DNA of 63,468 bases, the filler included, from Reticulomyxa filosa (Eukaryota > Protista > Foraminifera), in the NCBI GenBank assembly GCA_000512085.1. It is 11 parts of 11 records of this genome, joined end to end, with 100 filler letters (N's around TTAATTAATTAA, not from the genome) between each part and the next. Parts side by side here need not be neighbours in the genome. Positions count along the whole stretch, not along the records: positions 46,842 to 62,368 come from ASPP01004662.1; positions 62,469 to 63,468 come from ASPP01037414.1; 9 more parts are not named here. One strand, 5' to 3'. The translations under genes were made by a program, and so were the position numbers. The stretch's first letter is position 1. Every line of letters begins with the position of its first letter. Below are positions 53,628 to 63,468 of the stretch, piece by piece. The notes beneath the pieces are model-generated. The model ran no database searches. It was not told the DNA's origin and worked only from the letters and a program-made list of their open reading frames with translations.

Positions 53628-54938
53628 TTGCTTTGTCTTAGATGAACATGACGCGAAATTTAAAAGGGCTGTCAACAAGTAGACCAAAACCTTTGTTATG
53701 TTATATGATTTTTTAAAGAGACAAGCAACCAAAAATTAAAATTAAAATTATTTTCGTTACTGTTGAAATCACATAGCCTATCAGAAATTGTGCAATACCA
53801 GTTTATAACTTCTCCTCAAAGTAGTTATATCTCCTAATTTATGAAAAGTTGATTTTTCATTCAGTATTGACACACTACATTGTGTTATTTAAAAAATGAA
53901 TTGCTGTTCAGAAATAAGTATGTGAATAACACTTTTGAAATATCTTCATTATCAAAAAAATTTTTTGCAGTGAAATTGGAGGGGAAAAAGCATACCAAAC
54001 GACATAGCCCATATGCACAGTACTTATTCCATTTGATCTTTAATGATTAATTTATGACTTACATCTTGTGAGTTTGCAATGCTTCTAAATGTAAATTGAA
54101 TAAATTAATAACAGCAGCGACAATTGAATTGTCATTGAAAATACTTACATTACTTTTAAACAAAAAAATTTCTTTGTTTTTTCATAAATTCAAAGCAACT
54201 TTTCTTTGTTGTATTCAAAACGATTTCTAGTTTTGTACATAAGGATTTAATTCTTCAGTGTTTTCTATTGATTGTTTTTGTAATCTAAATTCATGCAATG
54301 GAAAGCTTTATAATTTTTAGATTTTTTGTCATGATGATTGAAGAAAAACTTTTTTTCTTGCACACGGTCTTCAAAAAATTTTTTATAATTCGGGCATGTC
54401 AAAAAATATCTACAAAAAATTTCTACTCCAAAAAATATTTTGTGTTAACAAATAATATTTTTCAATACTCGTTTCCCTTTATTTGTAAAAAAAAAATAAA
54501 AATTGCACAATATCGACGTGCATTGAAAATGATTCATAAGATTTTTCTACTTTCATAAAATAATGCACAACAGATATAAAGGTTCCCATAACATCTTTCG
54601 GACAAGGAAAATATATTTTTGTTGTTCTTAAAAGTGTATTTTTAAGTTGTAACATTTTAGAGGAGCTAGATTTTTTAAATCTGTAAGAAATAATTCATAT
54701 TTTTTCTGTAAAGAGCTTGATGTGCGTATTGAGAAGATGCAGTGTTTACATCCGCAATGGAAGATTGCGTACAATTTAAAAAATGCTCAAAAAATCATGA
54801 CAAAAATTTGTTTTGTTTATTACAAATACTTTTGCTGAATAATTTATTGCTGTGCAAAATACGTTTTTGCTGTTTTTCGTTTTTTCAAAAGTCACTCCAC
54901 ATCCCCCTTTTTTAAAAAAATTCAGCAATATTAACAAC

Positions 54939-57539
54939 ATGGCTAATCAAAATACAACACAAAAATCTCTTGAAAAACAAACTAAACAAAGTCAACATAT
55001 TATTACTTCAACTCCCTTTCAAAGTTTGAATGCTTTGCCAAACTCACTTTGGCAATCTCAGTGTGTGCTACACAAATACGAAATCCTCATTTGTGGAGGT
55101 TATAAAAAAAGGGATTGCTATTCTTATCATACACTCAAAAATGAATATAAGTTTATCTGTGAGTATCCAAATGATGTCGCGTTATGGGGACACTGTGTAG
55201 TGAAGCTGGTAGATAACAATAAAAACAGTAACGAAATCACTTTATTGTCTTTTGGTGGAGATTATAAACATACATTGGTGATGAAATATATGAGTGTTTG
55301 GAGTAATGAAAATGATGAAAATGAATCAAATAAATTAAAGGAATTAAATAATCACAATCAATGGATTCCCTTCAAAGACAATGACGGTAATCCAATTCAA
55401 ATTGGAAGAGATTATGATAATTATTGGGGAGTGCGTGCAGTGATTGGTGGAAGCAACAATCATTTGTTATTTATTGCTTTTAAAGATAACAACATTAGTG
55501 TATTTGATTTAAATACATTTCAATTTATTAAACATAGTAATATTCCAACTGATGATTTAGTTTATTATCATTGTTTTGTATTAAAATCAGAAAATGTACA
55601 AGAAGAAAAAATAAAAAAATTATGAAATGGTATTGTTTTGTAAAAAGACAGGATTATCAATAGAATATGATGAAGATGATAACACTTTTCAATTTTGCAA
55701 TCTACCTGTTTGTAAGAGTATTGCGGTATTCTCTCATTATGCTTATGTGTGTATTAATGATGTTATCTTGTTCTTTGGTGGAAGTAATTTAGATGTTGTT
55801 TCAAAATCAGTGCATAAGTATTCAATTCGAGAAAACAAATGGATGACATTTCAAAATACTTTACTCAGTCCTTTAGGAGATTGTGTTGCAATATTGAGTG
55901 AAGACAATACGTATGTGCATATTATTGGGGAATCGACACACGTGAAAACTCAAGTAAGTGAATTATTGAGTGAAGAAGAAATGAAAGTGGAAAAAATAGT
56001 AAATAGAGATGGAAAAGGACAACAAAACAAATTGAAAAAGGATGACAATGTTGAGCATTGCTTTTTTTCTCTTAGGAAACTGTCAACTAAGAAAAAGTAA
56101 TAAATTAATAAATTATAATTTATATCATTTTTTTTTTTTAATAGGAGACAAAGGAAAGAGACGAACAAACAAGCAAGAAAAGACAAAAAGAAAGTAGTGT
56201 CAATGTTATGAAATGCTTTCTTATGTCTTTTTTTTTCATTTTACTGCATTATATGTTAAACAAAAAAAAATAGGAAAAAAACAAAAAATGGATGAAATGG
56301 TGGAACCAAAGAGAACAAAGAGATAAAACAGAGATCATTCAAAAATTTAAAATAATGTCAAGTGAACAGTTTCGAGTATGGCTACTGAGTGAATGCAAAT
56401 GGAAACGTATAATCACAAAAGATGATATTGATTTTATTTGTTTTTCCATTGATTTTTATCTTGATTTTGTAATACCTAATCAAGGAAAAGGAGTTATTAA
56501 TTATGTAATCTTTTAATCTTACTTTTGATCAAATGATAATAACAAATATAACATAGTTGCTCGCGTATGTGATAATTGACGAAATAAAAAAATTAATAAA
56601 AATGAAAGAATTGACATTTGAAGAACTTCTTCGTCAAAGTTATAATTGTTTGAAGTTAGAACATTTCCAAAAAATGAATAATGAATACTTAAAATTGCAA
56701 TTAGTTAATATGAATGATAATGTTATTGAATCTGATAAAGATGTGACAAAAGAATTTGAGACTAATGAACCTACCTTTAAGATAACTTGGATCCCGTTTC
56801 AACAACTAATAATAATTGGAAAGACAAAAACAATAAAAAATGCATTAGTGATAATGATTGCAATTAGTGAATATATGGATAAAACATTGCGTAATCTTCC
56901 AAATGTGAATGAAAAGGATGTTACGAATTTTAAGCAATTATTTGAAGAAGAATTAAAGTACGATTTTATATGTAATCCATCCCCAAAAATGACAAAACAA
57001 GATTTACAATCATTTTTTGCCAAATTAAATGCAAACTATGATCTTCATGAAAATACACGCAAATACGATGGCTTGATTGTGATTATTTGTGGACATGGCG
57101 AAGATGGAAATGTGTTTGTGACAAGTGACGGAAAACAAGTATCAATTGACAAAATACGATCTTCATATAATTGCAATGAAATGGAATCATTTAAAGATTT
57201 ACCTAAAATTTTTATTATTGACTGTTGTCGTGGTGAAAATATTCCAAAATCATATGAACTTACAATGAGAGGAAAAGAAATTTACATGGACACAAGGATG
57301 ATGGCTTTTTGATTATTTGGTCAACTACACAAGGACACAAAGTAGTTGACTTGTCGTTGTTGAGCAAAAGCATGAATAAGGTTGTCATGTCCAAATATAA
57401 GAATGGTTATCCGTTCAAGCAAATGCTGCAGTATATTAGAACAGATATTCGCAGCATCAAAAGTAGTGAATGGTATTGTGTGGAGAGTCAAGACACAACT
57501 GATTATGATATCATCTTTCAACAAAAAAAATCTGTGTAA
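54939..57539 (+). CDS. Kelch-like propeller, charged linker, helical domain, PB1/ubiquitin-like domain and caspase-fold protease in one gene; 4 exons; two 1-nt homopolymer frameshifts (sequencing error or recent pseudogenisation)
   Basis: Kelch-like blades (ILICGGY, LLSFGG, VIGGSN, ILFFGG, VHIIG). Three phase-0 GT-AG introns at about 56050-56144, 56205-56273 and 56493-56556 keep frame into KNALVIMIAISEY...IICGHG (His 57094)...PKIFIIDCCRG (Cys 57226)...FLIIWSTTQG...CVESQDT. Extra A near 55615; missing T near 57281, confirmed by the paralogue reading EILYGHNDDGF. Confidence 0.8.
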
Positions 57540-57559
57540 AAGATTATTTTTATAAGAGG

Positions 57560-58100
57560 TCAGGTAGTTCATTTGATACTTTTATCTATTAATTGTACTA
57601 AAACACAAATTAATATTACAACAACAGTCATCATTTCTTTTTTTTTTAATTGTATAAATTTGAGAATTTATTCTATCATCTACAATATTATTCCTTTGAT
57701 CACATATAATTCATTCTTGTTTGGTCGAATATCACAAAAAAGAATTGTATTATCACATGATTCAGAATATATCATATATGAAAAAAATGCAAAGAAAATT
57801 TGTTGCAGTTCTGAAAAAAGATTATTTGATTTTTTGATTGAGCAAACAGATGATGGTTACTTTAGGGATGGTACAATAGGCTGCAAAGAAAACTGCAACA
57901 CCTAAATGGCACCCTTATGAGGAGAATCGATTTTCTCAATGAAAAATAAACATTTAGGCATTAATTTTTTTAAAAAATATCTACAAATCTTGTAGTTTTA
58001 AAATATAAACTTTTTTTTTCTTTGTTCAATTATTTTTTCATATATTTAAATGGTTTGATCGACTGATTCAGGTCAAATTGTATATCCATTATTACAAATT
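57560..58100 (-). pseudogene. WD40 relic of the same family, tail-to-tail with the caspase gene
   Basis: Reverse complement of 57590-57775 reads IYSESCDNTILFCDIRPNKNELYVIKG...LKFIQLKKK...CNINLCFST; of 58065-58095 reads NNGYTI*PES (compare GNGYTICSGS). Confidence 0.7.
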
Positions 58101-58759
58101 ATTTTTGTCCTTACTGATTTTTATTAATGGCATATGAAAGTTATTGTAACTTGTCGAAGTAATGTATTGAATGAAGATATTCAAAATTATTTTAATTAAA
58201 TCATACATCAATGATGTATCTTGACCATTTAAAATGAACAATGGAAGAAAGTAAAACAAAAAAAGATACCAACAAGGTCACTACTGGTTGTTTGTTTGTG
58301 TATCACTGTTCTTTTTATATTTATCCTACGCTTGTATTGCCACAAAAAGAAAATTGGAAACGATGACGGTCCTTTAGTGTAACTTACTTTATTCATTTTT
58401 CATTAATTTCTTTAAATAAATAACTCAAATTTTTACATATCAACTTATTCATGGTTAGTACTTCAATTTTAGGGACTTTTGGCCTTAATCAAATATAGAC
58501 AATGTAAGACAATAAATTGAAAGCCAGCCTTTGTTTGTTTATCAGCTGGAATTTTTGCGATTTGAAAACAGAAAAATGTTAAACTTTTCGCTCTATGGCC
58601 AGAATTCGCACGAAATTCTTGTTTTGGACAAGACAATAAGTGCTTACTGATAAAATGAAAATCATCAAAATGTAACATATGAAACAATTGTTACATTTGT
58701 AAAATAATAAGATCATTAATGCACAGATTTAATATTTTTTTAGAGTATTTTAAAATTTT

Positions 58760-60123
58760 AATGTGAAAGTTGGAAGCTGATGTAAATAAAATATTTAGCA
58801 TAGATGTTTCACCAGATGATAATACTATTGTATCATTGTAGTGATACTACTTACGCCACAATGGAGTCAGTATGACTCCAAATATACAAATTATTTCTTT
58901 TTAATTTAATTTCAAAAACATATTCTTACTTTTCTTAAAACGGGCTTTTCCGCTCCAGGTTCTCTACATCATGTTCAAATGAAATAATCAAAGTATGGGA
59001 TTGCATAATAAAGCGTCAAGCAATCAAAGTATAACAGAATGAAAGGAGTATATTTGTTTAATAATACACATAAACTCATTGCTTATTTATGTATTTGAAA
59101 GGTTACGATATTTTGTCAATGATAGCTGCGTTGATATTTTTTTTTTGATTTTTTTCTTGAGATCTTCTTAGATAATGAAATTTTGAACTTTTTAATATTG
59201 TGTTCAAAAAAATTCTGAGAAACAAATTGAACAACAAGTGAATTCTTTCAATAAAAAAAATGTTCAAAATTAAACAAGTTTTTTAATATTGAAGGAAAAC
59301 TATGCTACAAAAATTTTATTTTCAAAAATTTATTCCAGCATTATTTTTATTATTTTATCATTTTCTTTAACAATTTTGTTTTTTTCTTTTTGTTCAATGA
59401 CACAATCGATGCAATAAACTAGCATATAAAACTAATTTATTCAATGGACCAGAATTAGGTTAGTTAATAAATTACTCTTTTTCTTCCGAGCTGAATAGAA
59501 TATTTTGTTTCATCTGAATATTGCACAAATTTTGGAACATAATTACAATATACAAAAAATCAAATGATACACATATCTAAAGAATGCTTCTAATGCTCAT
59601 TGGCTTTTCATATTCATTCAAAATAAACAATATTTTATAGTGCAATTTTTTGTGTAAAATCCGAATATAAAAGAAAAAATCAATTTTGGAATGTCTGTAA
59701 TCAATAAAAGCGCATTTTTCATTAAGCTTACTTTTTCCATTCAGATAGGCTGTGCAAAAAAAAACAACGAAAGATGAAAAAAAGCGAAAAATAAAAAAAT
59801 TTGCCAGGAGAACCATTGGTGTCAACAATCCACAACAACAACATCACACCACATAAGATATACGCTTTCATAATTAAATTAATAAATAACAATAACACAG
59901 TTTATTACACAATCTATACATTGTGCTTTGTTGATTTTCGAAAACTTGTTTTCTAATAATTCTGCTTTCGTGACTAATTACAAATATAATGTTTATGACA
60001 TGCATTTGACAGTAGACCTAGCTCCATTAGTGAACGATGAAATGTCGTTTGTGGCATTGACTTATATCCTGATGGTTCAAAACTAGTTCATGTTCTAATG
60101 AAAACAATTTGATTATGTGGTAG
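58760..60123 (+). pseudogene. Scattered relics of a second WD40 subfamily (SPDG type)
   Basis: About 58770-58850 KIFSIDVSPDDNTIVS; about 58965-59005 TSCSNEIIKVWD; about 60050-60123 VCGIDLYPDGSKLV(fs)CSNE..I*LCG*. Confidence 0.5.
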
Positions 60124-60619
60124 TGATGACGGTAAATTGTTGATTTAACTGAGGATAATATTGTAGATTATATTTGGAAAGTAGGCAATCAAACTGGTTT
60201 ATCAATGAAAGGAAGTATTTGGAGAGATTCAAAGGTTTGGAACATAACAAAAAATTCTTGCGAAACAATGTGGTGGAGTATTTTGATGTTTTTGTTTTTT
60301 TACTTGTGTGAATAGAACTTGTTTTTTAAGTATTCTTATTAAATACAGTTATTCTAAGCAAAATAAAGTGTGACAGAAATTAACTGATTCTTGTTTTTCT
60401 TGAGATTATCTTAGATTATATAAGATAAAAATTCCTTGATAATGTGTCATATTGTCCTTTTCACTTTATACTGTTTTGAAGGTTCGATACAAAAAACAAT
60501 AGCAAATAGATAAAACACATTTCGATGCTTGCGTTCAATCAAATCAAACAAGTTTAATTTTCTTTTAATCAAACTTTTCAAACAAAGACAATTTCATTTT
60601 TTATTCAACAAAAAGGAAA

Positions 60620-61855
60620 TTATCCCCAAATACGAATGTGACCTTTCTCTGAACCATAATACAAATTCAAATCATATGTGACATTCTTTGTCTTATCTTT
60701 CTTTTTCAATTTAATAAATTTAAGACAAGTTATTCCGATATCTTCTTCTTTATCTCCTTCAATCACATACAACTCATTTTTATTTGATCGAATATCCCAA
60801 AAACGGATTGTATTATCCCATGATCCAGAACATATTACGCTTGAATTCTTTATTACAAATGGTGAATATTCAACAGCATACACCCAGTTATTGTGTCCAT
60901 TGAACACTTGAATTTGTTGACAAGATCGAATATCCCACAAACGAACACTGTTATCTGCAGATCCAGATAATATTGTATTCAATAATTCATTTGATCCATA
61001 TTTTGCACTATTCACATGACTGCCATGTCCTTTGAATACATTCAATTGTTTAGTTGTTTCAATATCCCATATTCGAATGGTATTATCATATGATCCAGAA
61101 CAAATCGTATATCCATTTCCACCAACCACACCAATATTATTAACTTTATTATTATTGTCATTGTTGTCATTGCTTTGTAATGGTGAAATATCAACACAAC
61201 AAATATAAGATTTATGTCCTCTGAAAACATGTAATGATTTTGATGTTTCAATATCCCATAAACGAATTGTTTTGTCCCATGATCCAGAACACAAATATCT
61301 ACCACCATTAAATGGTGAAAATTCAATACCACGAACATCACTAGTGTGTCCATTAAATGTTTGTAATTGCCCATTATGTTTGAAATTCCAAAAACGAATG
61401 ATTTTGTCATGTGATGAAAAACAAATGACATTTTGATGATGACTATGATAACAATATGATGAAAATTTTACACAACTGACATAACCTGAACTCATATTGA
61501 GTGATTGAATTTGTTTGTTGTTATCAACATCCCATATACGAACTGTGTTATCATATGACCCAGAACAAATGAATTGGCAATCATCAAATGTTGAATAATC
61601 AATACTATACACCCGATTAGTATGTCCAACTAATGTATTGATTAATTTGGATGATGAACGAAATGTGTCAAACATGAAGAAAGTAGACACCTATGTAAAT
61701 AGTATTGGAATATTTGATTGCCATTTAAAAAAAAAAGAACAAATGAACTAACATAATTGACAACGAGTTTGTCAAAATCTTCAATCCATCCTAATTTAAT
61801 GTTTAATGTTCGAATCCAATAATGAATAATTATTTGGGTTTCTTCTTCTGTTGAC
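60620..61855 (-). CDS. WD40 repeat protein (7 blades), third paralogue; first exon and start unresolved
   Basis: STEEETQIIIHYWIRTLNIKLGWIEDFDKLVVNY / VSTFFMFDTFRSSSKL... open through to HIRIWG*. Confidence 0.9.
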
Positions 61856-62549
61856 TGTTTCAGTCATAAAGCAAAATGAAAAAAAAAACCTAAAAAAAAA
61901 ACAGCTTAAACGAAACTTTCATTACTAAGCTAAAGTATCTTCTTCTTTTTCCTTGAGATAATCTTTGATGATGCAAAGATGATGAAAAAGACGCTTTCAA
62001 CTTTTTTTTTAGACCACGAAGCCAATAAAAAGTTGAAATGAATTTCTTTTATTTAATAAATATAAACTTTGTAATGATAAAGTATTTACAAGCAAAACTT
62101 TGTGTCTTATTGAACTTATAATGACATCAATTATTTATACATATACAAATGTTGTTTTTTTTTTCTATTGGAAAGAAATCTCTAAAACTCATAAATACGT
62201 TCAAGAAAAAGGCAGTAATGATTTTGTCGTAATTTGGTGAATAATAAAAGAAAACAAAATGGATAATTTTCCATTGTCTCAAAAGTACAAAATGTTAGCA
62301 TTTTAATCCACTTTATCCTTGTCCCAAAAACACAAAAGGGGAAACAAAAATTCAGTGTAATCATCAGCNNNNNNNNNNNNNNNNNNNNNNNNNNNNNNNN
62401 NNNNNNNNNNNNTTAATTAATTAANNNNNNNNNNNNNNNNNNNNNNNNNNNNNNNNNNNNNNNNNNNNAAGAAAGGTTTGGTAAATAGATAATTATATAT
62501 ACATATATATATTTATATATATATATATATATATATAAACAGACACAAA

Positions 62550-62962
62550 ACTTGGGTGTATTTGTACTCCAATGCCTTCTTTTCTTTTGATAACTCTGTG
62601 AGTTGATCTTGAATGACACTGTTTGTAACGCTCAAAGTGTCGACTTGCTTTTGCAACTCGTCTATTTTTTGTTGGTATTTCAAGATCGCATCTTTCATGG
62701 TGTTGCGCAGATTTGCAAACAACACCTTCATCCCCTCGGTCGACTCGTCCACTGCTGCATCTGACTTGCTTCTGCACCATACATTCACCCCCGTTATCAT
62801 CAACACAAACACTAACAGCTGTATCACCACTGTCAATCCCCATCCCCACCGTCCCGCCTTCCTACAGGGCACTTGGCACCACAGGCACGAATGATAACAC
62901 GACGACAACCAGGTCAACCAACTCCCAGCCTCTCTCTTAGGTCGAGTGCGAATGTAATACAT
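62550..62962 (-). CDS. Single-pass (type II) membrane protein with a coiled coil; truncated at contig end
   Basis: GWGLTVVIQLLVFVLMITGV hydrophobic segment, then heptads LRNTMKDAILKYQQKIDELQKQVDTL..., then a GT donor into a (TA)n intron. Confidence 0.55.
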
Positions 62963-63468
62963 TACCTAAGCTTAGAGGGCGTCTGATGATCTTTTTTCAA
63001 GGGGCACAATTTTTTATCAAATTTTTCGTTCTTTTGTTTTTAAAAACACTGCTGGCAGTGAAATGACATATTCAAACATTGATATTAAAATTACTATCAG
63101 AAACCAAAGCAACTAAATTAGTTCAACTCAACATACATTCAAACTCTTCTTTCTTTTCATTCTCCTTCAATGGCGCTTTTCTTTCTTTTTGAATTGGATT
63201 GATGTCTATCCACCTAATTCAATGTTGAAAAATTACATTCTTTTAACTGAGTTAAATCATAAATTGCATGACATTTTTTGTCTAAAAGCAAAGGAAATCC
63301 TGAAAGAATTAAAACCTATGTTATAAATGATCTCTTTTTTTAGTTGAAGATAATATGATCATTTTTCCAACTTTTTTCTAATAATACTCAATAAAATAAT
63401 CATGGCCTAAATGTCCAATATTCAATCCATTACATTTGATCGAGAATATTGCATACTTTTATTTGTTT

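Noticed and set aside
55605-55630. Programmed +1 frameshift (Euplotes-type) in the Kelch domain
   Set aside because: Context is AAA TTA TGA, not AAA TAR, and lies in an A7 run in an assembly that often breaks at homopolymers.
57277-57290. Programmed -1 frameshift at AAATTTA in the caspase p20-p10 linker
   Set aside because: The heptamer is not in X XXY YYZ phase (codons read GAA ATT TAC), no downstream structure is evident, and the paralogue at about 51900 is in frame here. A homopolymer error or real deletion is simpler.
50106-61855. NACHT or NB-ARC NTPase upstream of the WD40 repeats, as in Apaf-1 or HET-E
   Set aside because: No Walker A/B-containing ORF seen; the WD40 genes have only about 50 aa before the propeller.

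Overview
This is not one continuous locus. It is 11 assembly contigs joined by an artificial spacer (44 N + TTAATTAATTAA + 44 N). Ten contigs are AT-rich, intron-containing eukaryotic DNA that looks foraminiferal; Reticulomyxa filosa is my inference from the divergent Retaria-type alpha-tubulin and the WD40 and Kelch-like families I recall from that genome. One contig (13014-14205) is GC-rich betaproteobacterial DNA: DUF3460 gene, terminator, O-methyltransferase, tolR. Eukaryotic genes recognisable after manual splicing, several missed or mis-framed by the ORF track: two DHHC palmitoyltransferases, a Cep57-like coiled-coil protein, UCH37/UCHL5, MLH3 N-terminus, ERMARD, SLBP, a tetraspanin-like protein, an alpha-tubulin pseudogene, PAC2-like, PPPDE/LRAT-like peptidase, 7TM-RGS, and an intronless mitochondrial NAD(P) transhydrogenase. 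The most interesting region is 50.1-62.0 kb. It holds paralogous 7-bladed WD40 genes whose differences concentrate at predicted top-face binding positions, a spliced Kelch-propeller/helical/PB1-like/caspase-fold fusion gene, and decayed caspase and WD40 relics arranged as a repeated tail-to-tail caspase-WD40 unit. I read this as a candidate protist immunity or allorecognition locus (inference). Also notable: a 10-TM protein built from five DUF5654-like hairpins, an intron-containing phage-type FGDN-motif gene, and introns with poly-A rather than polypyrimidine 3' tracts. All family assignments are from motif recall; no searches were run.
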